DNA from: the human T2T-CHM13v2.0 reference genome, Homo sapiens
DNA length: 64,000 nucleotides
Direction: 5' to 3' (one strand)
Assembly (NCBI RefSeq): GCF_009914755.1
Contig: NC_060938.1
Shown: in pieces, positions 45,724-59,867 of the stretch
Layout of the letters: every line of letters begins with the position of its first letter
Position numbering within the stretch: the first letter of the stretch is position 1
Notes under the pieces: model-generated
Database searches by the model: none
The model's input: only the letters and a program-made list of their open reading frames with translations
Told to the model about the DNA's origin: nothing
Position numbers and translations under genes: made by a program

Positions 45724-46009
45724 ATTTTTTTTGATGGAATGTCACTCTGTCATCAGGCTGGTGTGCAGTGGTGCAATCTCAGCTCACTGCAACCTCTGAC
45801 TCCCTGGTTCAATGAATTCTCCTGCCTCAGCCTCCCGAGTAGCTGGGATTACAAGCGCTTGCCACTTCACCCAGCTATTTTTTGTATTTTTAGTTGAGAA
45901 GGAGTTTCACCATGTTGGCCATGATGGTCTCGATCTCCTGACCTCATGATCTGCACCCCTTGGCCTCCCAGAGTGCTGGGATTACAGGCATGAGCCACTG
46001 CACCCAGCC
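45724..46009 (-). mobile_element. AluS (Sc/Sg-like)
   Basis: Reverse dimer inside L1. Confidence 0.9.
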
Positions 46010-46894
46010 TATACGAATTTTAAAATAGTTTTTTCTAGATCTGTAAAAAATTTTATTGGCAGTTTGATGGAAATAGCATTAAATCTGTCAATTGCTTTGT
46101 GAAGTATAGCCATTTTAGTTATATTGGATCTTCCTATCCATGAGCATGAGGTGGTTTTCCATTTGTTTGTGTCTTCTCTGATTTATTTGAGCAGTGTTTT
46201 TTAATTCTCATTGTAGAGCTCTTTCACCTCCCTGGTGAGCTGCATTTCCAGGTATTTTATCATTTTTGTGGCAATTGTGAATGGGATGGCCTTTCTGATT
46301 TTGCTGTCAGTGTGGTTATCATTGGTGTAGAGAAATGTTAGTGATCTTTGCACATTGATTTAGTATCTTGAAAATTCGCTGAAGTTGTTTGTTAACTAAA
46401 GAAGCTTTGTACCTGAAACTACAGGGTTTTCTAGATATAGAATTATGTTATCTGCAAACAGAAATAGTTTGGCTTTCTCTCTTCCTATTTGGATGCTTTT
46501 TGTATTTCTTTCTCTAGCCTGATTGCTCTGGTCAGGACTTTCAATACTATGTTGAATAGAAATGGTGAGAGAGGGCATTCTTGCCTTGTGCTGGTTTTCA
46601 AAAAAAAAGCTCCCAACTTTGCCCATTCAACAGATTGTTGGCTGTGGGTTTTTTATACACAGCTTTTATTATTTTCTGTATCTATTGGGATAATCGTCTG
46701 TTTTTTGTTTTTAGTTATGTTTATGTGATGTATTACATTTATTGATTTGCACATGCTGGGCCAACCTTGCATCCTAAGGAGGCAGCCTACTTGATAATGA
46801 CGGATTACCTGTTTGATGTGCTGCTGGATTTGGTTTACAAATATTTTTCTGAGAACTTTTGTATTGATGTTTGTCAAGAATATTGGCCTGAAGT

Positions 46895-47085
46895 TTTCTT
46901 TTCTTTCTTTCTTTCTTTTTTTTTTTTTTTTGATGGAGTCTCCCTCTGTTGCCCAGGCTGGAGTGCACTGGTGCAATCTCTGCTTAATGCAAGCTCCGCC
47001 TCCTGGGTTCATGCCATTCTCCTGCCTCAGCCTCCCAAGTAGCTGGGACTACAGGTGTCTGCTACCAAGCCCGGCTAATTTTGTG
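46895..47085 (-). mobile_element. AluY-like right arm only
   Basis: gcaagctccgcctcctgggttcatgccattct; L1 resumes after the linker. Confidence 0.85.
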
Positions 47086-47489
47086 TTTTTGTTGTGTCTC
47101 TGCCAGGTTTTGGTGTCAAGATCATGCTGTCCTTATAGAATGAGTTGGGGAGGAGACCGTCCTCCTCAATTTTTGGGGATAGTTTCTGTAGGAATTGTAC
47201 CAGCTCTCCCTTGTACATTTGGTAGAATTTGGCTGTAAATCCAGAAAGTCCAGGGCTTTTATTTTTTTGATTGGCAAGCTACTTATTACCTATATAATAT
47301 CAGAGCTTTTTATTGGTCCATTCAGGAAATAATTGTCTTCCTGGCTTAATCTTGGGAGAGTGTGTATATCTAGTAATGTATCCATTTCTTTAAAGTTTTC
47401 TAGTTTGTGTGTATAAAGGTGTTCATGTTAGTACTGACCCCACATAAATAAAAACAACCATTAGAAACCACTAAAGTTGAACACTTATG

Positions 47490-48190
47490 TCTTTAATCTA
47501 TTTTTATTTAATTTTTGTACTTGGAATGTGATAAAGATTCAACTTTACTGGTTTCAATGTGGACTTGTTTTCCCAGCATTTATTGTGGAACAAACTGTCC
47601 TTTTCTTTACATAATGATTAAGGCACCCTTGTCGAAAGACAATCAATAATTTATGCAAGGGTTTTTTGGATTATCTATTTTATTTATTTGATCTCTACAA
47701 TTGTTCTTATGCCACTAGCAAACTGTTATAATTATAGTAGCTTTGTATGTTTTCAAATTTAAAATTGTGAGCCATCTAATTTTGTTCTTCCTTTCAAGAT
47801 TATTCTGTACATTCAGAGGATTTTCAAATTCCATATGAAGTTTTAAATGAGTTATTTTGTTTTTGCAAAAGAAAAGTTGGAAAAATTAAAAATTGGGATT
47901 ACAGTACATCTGTACACTACTTTGGGTAGTAGTGTTGTCATCTTAACTTCATTAAGTCTTCCGGTTCAGGAACATGGAATTTGTTGCCAGTTATTTAACT
48001 CCTTTTTAGTTTTTTTCATAAATATTCTGATCCTGTATTTTTTATTGTACAAAATATGTACCTTCTTATTAAATTTATTTCTAAGAATTATATTATTTTA
48101 ATGTTGTTGCAAACAATTGTTTTATTAATTTACTGTCAAATTGTTCATTGTTGGTATATGGAAATGCACTTTATGTTTCTGTGTTGTAAA
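47490..48190 (-). mobile_element. Old L1M ORF2 fragment
   Basis: 'tttgttcttcctttcaagatt...aaattccatatgaagtttta'. Confidence 0.7.
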
Positions 48191-48405
48191 AATAATTATT
48201 TCATCTCTCAAATCTAGATTAGCAATTCATTCAGAATAAATATGCCGTATAAATTGGTAGTCATTTAACTTTTTCCAATAAGCTAACAAATTACAATATG
48301 TCTAAATATGTAAAAAGGTTGAATTGTGTTAGATTTTCACTTACTGTCACCTGTCATTTATCAGTCAGAATTACATTACTTCACACATAGAACTTTCATT
48401 TCTGG

Positions 48406-48609
48406 GGCTGGGCATGGTGGCTCATGCCTATATTCCTAGCACTTTGTGAGGCCAAGGCAGGTGGACCACCTGAGATCATGAGTTCGAGACCACCCTGACC
48501 AACATGGTAAAACCCCGTCTCTACTAAAAATAGAAAAATAAGCTGAGTGTGGTAGTGGGAGCCTGTACTCCAGCTACTTTGGAGGCTGACACAGGAGAAT
48601 CACTTGAAC
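48406..48609 (+). mobile_element. 3'-truncated AluS
   Basis: Ends at ggagaatcacttgaac with no tail. Confidence 0.85.
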
Positions 48610-48679
48610 AATCCCACAACACAAAACAACAAAAGTTAGTCTTCATGTCAAAAATCTTCAATGGAATTTTTTCATCACA

Positions 48680-49534
48680 GGATTGTTTAGTGCAACATTT
48701 TATGGAAAAGATGCATGCTACTGAGATGTAGTTCTATAAAAGTCTCTTAGAGTTTGTCATTTTTTTGTGTCTTACATCACATACCTGTCCTGTTCCAGGC
48801 TATTTTTCAAAGATTTTTGTACACAAATAACCTGGAAAAAGGGTAGTAGTTTTTCTCTTCAGGTGAATGGCAGATAAATTACTCAATCAATATAATAAAG
48901 ACAATTTTTCTCTGTGAGGCAAAGGTTGGACAGGTTTGCATGTAACCTACTTTAAGAAGATTGAGGTTTCTTAGTCTTGAGTCTGCTCAGCTGTGACACA
49001 AATCTTCCCCATGTGCAATGTCCATCTGAGCCTTTTGAAATCCCTCTAAAAAATGTAGTATGGACAAGGAGAACTAATACAAAAATGAGGCTTTTGCCTC
49101 CAGGTAGACAGTAAATAGTAGGTTTGTTTTCATACTTCAGTGCCTTATGCCTTCTACCAGCATCCATGAAAATGGAAGATTAATAGGTTTGTTTACAAAT
49201 AGGATGAAATCTTAGATCCTTCACAATTATTTAATTTTGGAGATGACAATGGGATGCTGAGATAAACACAACTTTCTGAAAGGGGAAAATACACAAATAC
49301 TTGAAGAGCTTGCAAGGGTTATGAGAAGTTCCCCTAGGACTAAGAGCAACTTCTCTCAGCCAAGTGGTTAGTTTGGTGAAACAAGGGATCAAGACTCTGC
49401 TGTCTGCTAATGAGACTGATCCTTGAGAGGATTATAACAATGAGCCTGAGAGCTTTGCATGTTCATTTTTCTCCTGCTGGAAAGAACAAGGAGCTCTTAA
49501 AACTAATGTTGAGGCTTGGATGAGTCCAAAACAC
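48680..49534 (+). mobile_element. Old ERV LTR (to ~49234), tRNA-Ser-like PBS (49238-49255) and truncated leader; family not firmly assigned (ERVL/HERV-S-like)
   Basis: LTR-like 'cagctgtgacacaaat...cttctaccagcatccatgaaa...ttagatccttcacaa'; tggagatgacaatgggat matches TGGCGACGAGGATGGGAT at 14/18. Confidence 0.6.
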
Positions 49535-50895
49535 TAGAAGTTCACCTCTGTGACATGAATGCACATATCACAAAGAAGTTTCTCAGAATGCATCTGTCTA
49601 GTTTTTATGTGAAGATATTTCCTTTTCCACCATAGGAGGCAAAACGCTCCAAATATACACTTGCAGATGGTACAAAAAGAGTGTTTCAAAACTACTCGAT
49701 CAAAAGAAAGGTTCAACTCTGTGAGATGAGTGCACACATCACAGAGAAGTTTCTCAGAATGCTTCTGTCTAGTTTATATGTGAAGGTATTTCCTTTTCCG
49801 TCATACTCATCAAAGCGTTCCAAATATTCACTTGCACATGCTACAAAAAGAGTGTATCAAATCTGCTCAATGAAAACAATGGTTCAATTTGGTGAGATAA
49901 GTGAACACATCACGAGGAAGTTTTGCAGAATGCTTCTGTCTAGTTTTTCTGTGAAAATATTTCCTTTACTACCATAGGACACAATCGCTCCAAATATCTA
50001 CTTTCAGATTCTACAAAAAGGGTGTTTCAATACTGCTCGATGAAAGGAAAGATTCAACCCAGTGAGATGAACGCACACATCACAAAGAAGTTTCTCAGAA
50101 GGCTTCTGTCTAGTTTTTATGTGAAGATATTTCCTTTTAAACCATAGGCCACAATTCGCTCCAAATATCCACTTGCAGTTGCATCAAAAAGACTGTTTCA
50201 AAACCCTCAATCAAAAGAAAGTTTCAACACTGTGAGATGAATGCACACATTACAAAGAAGTTTCTCAGAATACTTCTGTCTAGTTTTTATGTGAAGATAT
50301 TTCCTTTTCCACCACAGGCCTGAAAGCACTCCAAATATCCACTTGCAGATCCTACAAAAAGAGTATTTCAAAACAGCTCCATCAAAAGAATGGTTCAGCT
50401 TGGTGAGATGAATGCACACATCACAAAGAAGTTTCTCAGAGTGTTTCCTTCTAGTTTTTATGTGAAGATATTTCCTTTTCCACCATAGACCACAAATCGC
50501 TCCAAATACCCACTTGCATATACAACAAAAAGAGTGTTTCAAAACTGCTCAATCAAAAGAAAGGTTCAACTCTGTGAGATGAAGGCACTTATCACAGAGA
50601 AGTTTCTCAGAATGCTTCTGTCTAGTTTATATGTGAAGATATTTCCTTTTCCAAGATAGACCTCAAACCGCTGCAAATATCCATTTACAGATATTACAAA
50701 AAGAGTGTTTCAAAACTGTTCAATCAAAAGAAAGGCTGAAATCTGTGAGTTGAATGCACAGACCACCAAAAGTTTCTCAGAATGCTTCTGTCTAGTTTTT
50801 ATGTGAAGATAGTTCCTTTTCCACAATAGGCCCCAAAACGCTCCAAATATCCCCTTGCAGACACTACAAAAAGATGTTTTAAAAACTGCTAAATC

Positions 50896-51277
50896 TTCTT
50901 GATCCAGTCTATATACACCATGGAATACTATGCAGCCATAAAAAATGATGAGTTCATATCCTTTTTAGGGACATGGATGAAATTGGAAGTCATCATTCTC
51001 AGTAAACTATCACAAGAACAAAAAACCAAACAGCGCATATTCTCACTTATAGGTGGGAATTGAAAAATGAAATCACATGGACACAGGAAGGGGAACATCA
51101 CACTCTGGGGACTGTTGTGGGGTGGGAGGAGGGGGGAGGGATAGCATTGGGATATATACCTAATGCTATATGATGAGTTAGTGGGTGCAGCGCACCAGCA
51201 TGGCACACGTATACATATGTAACTAACCTGCACAATGTGCACATGTACCCTAAAACTTAAAGTATAATAATAATAAT
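50896..51277 (+). mobile_element. Short L1PA2/3-like insertion with a 17-bp 5' inversion
   Basis: TSD aaaaactgctaaatc (50881-50895) / agaaactgctcaatc (51278-51292); antisense ttcttgatccagtctat followed by sense 3' end. Confidence 0.93.
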
Positions 51278-54200
51278 AGAAACTGCTCAATCAAAAGAAA
51301 TGTTCAACTTTTTGAGATGAACGCACACATCACAAAGAAGTTTCTCAGAATGCTTCTATTTTTTATGTGAAGATGTTTCCTTTTCCAAAATAGGCCAGAA
51401 AGGTCTGCAAATATCCACTTGCAGATTTTACAAAAAGAGAGAATCAAAACTTCTCAATCAAAAGATAGGTTCAGCTGTGTGAGTCGAATGCAGACATCAC
51501 AAAAAAGTTTCTCAGAATGCTTCTGTCTAGTGTTTATGTGAAGATATTTTCTTTTCCACAACAGGCCACAAAGCACTCCAAATATACACATCCAAATTCT
51601 ACAAAAAGAGTGTTTCGAAACTGCTCAATCAAAAGAAAGGTTCAACTCTGTGAGATGAATGCACACATTACAAAGACGTTTCTCAGAATGCTTCTTCGTA
51701 GTTTTTATGTGAGGATGTTTCCTTTTCCACCATAGGTCTAAATGTGCTCCAAATATCCACTTGCAGATTCTACAAAAAGAGCAATTAAAAACTGCTCAAT
51801 CAAAGGATAGATTCAACTCGGTGAGATGAATGCACACATCCCAAATAAGTTTCTCAGAATGCTTCTGTGTAGTTTCTATGTGAAGATATTTCCTTTTCCA
51901 CCAAAGATCTCAAAGCGCTAAAAATATCCCCTTGGAGATTCTACAAAAAGAGTGTTACCAAACTGCTCAATAAAAAGAAAGGTTCAACTCTGTGTGATGA
52001 ATGCACACGTCACAAAGTAGTTTCTCACAATGCTTCTTTGTAGTTTTTATGTGAAGATATTTCCTTTTCCACAATAGGCCTCAAAGTGCTCGAAACATTG
52101 ACTTGCACATTCTACAAAACGAGTGTTTCAAAACTGCTTAATCAAAAGAAAGGTTCAGCTTTGTGAGATGAATACACACAACACAAAGAAGTTTCTCAGA
52201 ATTATTTTGTGTGGTTTTTATGTGAAGATATTTCCTTTTTCACACTTGGCTGCACAATGCACCAAGTATCCACTTACAGAATCTGCAAAGATAGAGTTTC
52301 AAAACTGCTCTACAAAAAGATAGGCTCAACCCGGTGACTTGAATGCACACATCTCAAAGAGGTGTCTCAGAATGCCTCTGCGTACTTTTTATTTAAAGAT
52401 ATTTCCTTTTACACCATTCGCCACAAAGTGCTCCAAACATCCACCTGCAGATGTTACAAAAAGAGTGTTTCCAAACTGATCAATGAAAAGAAAGGTTCAA
52501 CTCTATGAGACGAAATCACACATCATGAAGAAGTTTCTCACAATACTTTTGTGTAGTTTTTATGTGAAGATATTTCCTTTTCCAAAATAGGCCTTAAAGG
52601 GCTCCAAATATCCCCTTGCAGATTCTACAAAAAGGGGGTTTCAAAAGTGCTCAATCAAAAAAGAGATTCAACTCTTTGAGGGGAATGCACGCATCGCAAA
52701 GAAGTTTCTCAGAATGCTTCTGTGTGGTTTTTATGTGCAGATATTTCCTTTTCCACAGTAGGCCTCAAAGGGCTACAAATATACACTTGCAGAATCTACA
52801 AAAAGAGTGTTTCAAAACTGTTCAATCAAAAGAAAGGTTCAAGTCTGTGAGTTGAATGCACACATCATAAAGAAGTTTCTCAGAATGCTTCTGTGCAGTT
52901 TTTATGTGAAGATATTTCCTTTTCCACAATTTGTCTCAAAGCGCTCCAAATATCCACCTGCAGATTCTGTAAAGATTGTTTCCAAACTGCTCAAAGAAAA
53001 GAAAGGTTCAACTTCGTGAGATTAATGGACTCATCACAAAGTAGTTTATCAGAATGCTTCTGTGTCATTTTTATGTGAAGATATTTTCTCTTCCACATTA
53101 GGCCTCAAAGTGTTTCAAATATCCACTTGCTTATTCTATTAAAAGAGAGTTTCCAAACTGTTCAGTCTAAAGAAAGGTTCAAATCTGTGAGATGAATGCG
53201 CACATCACAAAGAAGTTTCTCAGAGTGCTTCTGTGTAGTTTTTATGTGAAGGTATTTCCTTTTACACAGTAGGCCACAAAGGGCTCCAAATATTCACTTG
53301 CAGATTCTCCAAAAAGAGAGTTTCTAAAATCCTCTACCAATAGATAGGTACAACTCTGTGAGTTGAATGCACACATCACAAAGAAGTTTCTCAGAACGCT
53401 TCTGTGTAGTTTTTATGTGAAGATATTTCAATTTCCACAATAGTCCTCAAAGCGCTCTAAATATCCACTTTTAGATTCTACTAAAAGAGTGTTTTCAAAC
53501 TGCTCAAACAAAAGAATGGTAAAACACCGTGAGATGAATGCAAAAATCACAAAGAAGTTTCTCAGAATGCTTCTTTGTAGTTTTCATGTGAAGATATTTC
53601 CTTTTCCACAATGGGCCTCAAAGCACTCTGTGAGATGAATGCACATGTCACAAGACATTTCCCAGAATGATTCTGTTTACTTTTCTTGTGAAGATACTTC
53701 CTTTTCCACAATAGTCCTCAAAGCTCTCCAAATATCCACTTGCAGATTCTACAAAAACTGTGTTTCAAAAATGCTCAATCAAAAGAAATGTTCTACTCTG
53801 TGAGATGAATGCAACATCACCAAGAAGTTTCTCAGAATGCTTCCATGTAGTTTTTATGTGAAGATATTTCCTTTTACACCATAGACCTCAAATCGCTCCA
53901 ACTAACCACTTGCAGATTCTACAAAAAGAGTGTTTCCAAACTGCTCATTCAAAAGAAAACTTCAACTCTGTGAGATGAGTAAACACCTCGCAAATAAGTT
54001 TCACAGAATGATTCTGTGTAGTTTTTATGTGAAGATATTTCCTTTTCCACAATTGGCCTCAAAGCACTCCTAATATCCACTTGCAGATTCTACAAAAAGA
54101 GTGTTTCAACACTGCTCAATCAAAAAAAGTTTCAATTTTGTGAGTTGAAAGCACACATCACAAAGAACTTTCTAAGAATGCTTCTGTGTAGTTTTTATGT

Positions 54201-57200
54201 GAAGATATTTCATTTTCCACAATAGACCTCAAAGAGCTCCAAATGTCCACTTCTAGACTCTATAAAAAGAGAGTTTCCAAAGTGCTAATGAAAAGAAGGG
54301 TTCAATTCTGTGAGATGAATGCATACATCACAAAGAAGTTTCTCAGAATGCTTCTGATTACTTTTTATGTGAAGATATTTCCTTTCCCACAATAGGCCTC
54401 AAAGGGCTTCAAATATCCACTTGCAGATTGTACAAGAAGAGTGTTTCAAAAATGCTCAATCAAAAGAAAGTTTCAACTCTGTGAAGTGAATGCACACTTC
54501 ACAAGAAATTTCTCAGAATGCTTCTGTGTAATTTTTATGTGAACATACTTCCCTTTCCACAATAGTCAACAAAGCCCTGCAAATATCCACTTGCACATTC
54601 TAGAAAAAGAGTGTTTCAAAACTGCTCAATCAAAAGAAAGTTTCAACACTGTGAGATGAATGCACACATCACAAAGAAGTTTCTCAGAACACTTCCGAGT
54701 AGTTTTTATGTGAAGATATTTCCTTTTCAACCGTAGGCCTAAAAGCACTCCAACTATCCACTTGCAGATTCTACAAAAAGAGTGTTTCCAAACTGCTCAA
54801 TCAAAAGAAAACTTCAACTCCATGAGGTGAGTAAACACAACGCAAAGAAGTTTCACAGAATGATTCTCTATAGTTTTTATGTGATGATATTTTCTTTTCC
54901 ACAATAGGCCTAAAAGCGCTCCAAATATCCACTTGCAGATTCTACAAAAAGAGTGTTTCAAAACCGCTCAATCAAAGAAAGGTTCAAATCTGTGAGATGA
55001 ATGCACACATCACAATGCAGTTTCTCAGAATGCTTCTGTGTAGTTTTTATGTGAAGATATATCCTTTTCCAAAATAGGCCTCAAGGAGCTCCAAATATCC
55101 ACTTATAGATTCTAGAAAAAGCGTGTTTCCAAACTGCTCAATCAAAAGAAGAGTTCAATTCTGTGAGATGAATGCATACATCATAAAGAAGTTTCTCAGA
55201 ATGTTTCTGTTTAGTTTTTAAGTGAAGATATTACCTTTTCCACAATAGTCATCAAAGAGCTCCAAATATCCACTTGCAGATTCTACAAGAAGAGTGTTTC
55301 AAAAATGCTCAATCAAAAGAAAGTTTCAACTCTGTTAAAGGAATGCACACATCACAATAAATTTATCTGAATGCTTCTGCATAATTTTTATGTGAAGATA
55401 CTTCCTTTTCCACAATAGTCCTCAAAGCCCTGTAAATATCCACATGCACAGTCTACAAAAAAGAGTGTTTCAATACTACTCAAACAAAAGAAAGTTTCAA
55501 CTCTGTGAGATGAATGAACACATAACAAAGAAGTTTCTCGGGATACTTCTGTGTAGTTTTTATGTGAAGATATTTCCATTTCCACCATAGGCTGCAAAGG
55601 GCTCCAAATATTCACTTGCAGATACTACAAAAAGAGACTTTCACAACTGCTCAATCAAAAAATAAGTTCAACTCTGTTAGTTGAATGCACACATCACAAA
55701 GAAGTTGCTCAGAATGCTTCTGTGCAGTTTTTATGTGAAGATATTTCCATTTCCACAATAGGCCTCAAAGTGCTCTAAATATCCTCTTGTAGATTATACT
55801 AAAAGAGTGCTTCCAAACTGCTCTATCAAAAGAAAGTTACAACTCTGTGAGATGAATGCACAAATCACAAAGAAGTTTCTCAGAATGCTTCTGTGTAGTT
55901 ATTATGTGACGATATTTTGTTTTCCACAATGGGCCGCAAAGCACTCTTTGAGATGAATGCACCCGTCAAAAGACATTTCTGAGAATGCTTCTAGGTAGTT
56001 TTCATGTGAAGATATTTCCTTTTTCACAATAGTCCTCAAAGCGCTGCAAATATCCACTTGCAGATTCTACAAAAAGAGTGTTTCAAAACTGCTCAATCAA
56101 AAGAAAGTTTCAACTCTGTGAGATGAATGCACACATCAAAAGAAAGTTTTCTGAATGTTTCTGTGTAGTTTTTATGTGAAGATATTTACTTTTCCACGAT
56201 TGCCCTCAAAGCGCTCCAAATATCCACTTGCAGATACTATAGAAAGAGTGTTTCAAAACTTCTCAATCAAAAGAAAGGTTCAAATCTGTGAGATGAATGC
56301 ACACATCGCAAATAAAGTTCTCAGAATGCTTCTGTGTATTTTTTATCTGAAGATATTTCCTTTTCCACCACAGGCTGCAATGGGCTTTAACTATCCACTT
56401 GCAGATTCTACAAAAAGAGAGTTTCAAAACTCCTCAATAAAAAGATAAGTACAACTCTGTGAGTTGAATGCACACATCACAAAGAAGTTTCTCAGAATGC
56501 TTCTGTGTAGCTTTTATGTGAAGATATTTCCTTTTACACCATAGGCCCCAAAGCGCTCCAAATATCCACATGCAGATTCCAAAAAAAGAGAGTTTCAAAA
56601 CTGCTCATCAAAAGATAGGTTCAACTCCGTGAGTTGAATGCACACATCACAAATAAGTTTCTAAGAATGCTTCTGTGTATTTTTTATGTGAAAATTTCCT
56701 TTTCCTCAGTACGCCTCACAGCGCTGCAAATATCCACCTGCAGATTCTACAAAAAGAGTGTTTCAAAACTGCTCATTCAAAAGAAAGGTTCAACTCTGTG
56801 AGATGAATGCACACATCAAAAGAAAGTTTTCTGAATGTTCCTGTGTAGTTTTTATGTGAAGATATTTCCTTTTACACAATAGCCATCAAAGTGTTCCAAA
56901 TATCCACTTGCAGATTCTACAAAAGAGTGTTTCAAAACTGCTCAATCAAAAGAAAGGTTCAACTGTGTCAGATGAATGCACACACCACAAAGAAGTTTCT
57001 CCAAATGGTTCTGTGTAGTTTTTATGTGAAAATATTTCCTTTTCCACCGTAGGCTGCAAAAGGCTCCAAATATCCACTTGGAGATTCTACAAAAAGAATG
57101 TTTCCAAACTGGTTAATCAAAAGAAAGATTTAACTCTGTGAGTTGAATGCACACATCACAAAGAAGTTTCTCAGAATTCTACTGTGTAGTTTCTATGTGA

Positions 57201-58730
57201 AGAAATTTCCTTTTCCATAATAGGCCTCAAAGCTTTCCAATTATCCATTTGCAGATTCTAAAAAAGATTGTTACAAAACTGCTCAATGAAAAGAATGGTT
57301 CAACTCTGTGGGAGGAATGCACACATCGCAAAGAAGTTTCTCAGAATGTTTCTGTGTAGTTTTTATGTGAAGATATTTCCTTTTCCGCAATTGGCCTCAA
57401 AGCGCTCCAAATATCTACTTGCAGATACCACAAAAAGCGTTTTTCAAAACTGCTCAATCAAAGCAAAGGTTCAACTCTGTGAGAAGAATGCCCACATCAA
57501 AAAGCAGTTTCTCAGAATGCTTCTGTGTAGTTTTCATGTGAAGATATTTTGTTTTCCACAATAGGCATCAAAGCACCCCATATATCCACTTGCATATTCG
57601 ACTAAAAGCATGTTATAAAACTGCTGAATCACAAGAAAGGTTCCACTCTGTGAGATGAATGCACACATCAAAATGAAGTATCTCAGAATGATTCTGTGTA
57701 GTTTTTGATGAAGATACTTCATTTTCCACAAAAGACCTCAAAGCACTCCAAATATCCAATTCCAGATTCTACAAAAAGAGAGATTCAAAACTGCTCAATC
57801 AAAAGATAGGTTCAATTGTGTGAGTTGAATGCACACATCACAAAGAAGTTTCTCAGAATGCTTCTGTGTAGTTTTTATGTGAAGATACATGCTTTTCCAC
57901 AATAGGCGTCAAAGCGCTCCAAATATCTACCTGTAGATTCTACAAAAAGAGTGTTTCCAAACTGCTCAATCAAAAGCAAGGTTCAACTCTGTGAGGTGAA
58001 TGCACATAACACAAAGTAGTTTCTCAGAATGCTTCTGTGTATTTTTTGTGTGAAGATATTTCCTTTTCACAATAGGCCTCAAAGCCCCCCAAATACCCAC
58101 TTGGAGATTCTACAAAAAGAGGGTTTTAAAACTGCTCAATCAAAAGAAAGTTTCAACTCTGTGAGATGAATGCACACATCACAAAAAAGTTTCTCAGAAT
58201 CCTTCTGTGTAGTTTTTTTATGAACATATTTCCTTTTCCACCATAGGCCACAAAGGGCTCCAAATATCCACTTGCAGATTCTACAAAAAGAGAGTTTCAA
58301 AACTGCTCACTCAAAAGATAGGTTCAACTCTGTGAGCTGAATGCACATATCACAAAGAAGTTTCTCAGAATGCTTCTGTGTAGATTTTATGTGAAGATAT
58401 TTCCTTTTCCAAAATAGGCCTCAAATCACTCCAAATATCCACTTTCAGATACTACATAAAGAGTGTTTTAAAACTGCTCAATCAAAAGAAAGGTTCAACC
58501 CTGGGTGATGAATGCACTCATCACAAAGAAGTTTCTCAGAATGCTTTTGTGTAGTTTTTATGTGAAGATATTTCCTTTTCCAACGTAGGCCTTAGAGGGC
58601 TCCAAATATCCACTTCCAGATTGTAGAAAAAGAGAGTTTCAAAACTGTTCAATAAAAAGATAGGTTCAACGCTGTGAGTTGAATGTACACATCATGAAAA
58701 AGTTTCTCATAATTCTTCTGTGTAGTTTTT

Positions 58731-59867
<1,137 letters not shown>

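Larger units (their letters stand above)
44947..47430 (-). mobile_element. Mid-age L1P ORF2 fragment truncated at both ends
   Basis: ORF2-like translations (MKLDPL...[10 protein letters not shown]; LFADNIILYLENP); interrupted by two Alus. Confidence 0.9.

Noticed and set aside
58572-58590. Possible CENP-B box (tccttttccaacgtagg)
   Set aside because: Lacks the CCCG and CGAA core positions; other monomers also show the non-B-box form
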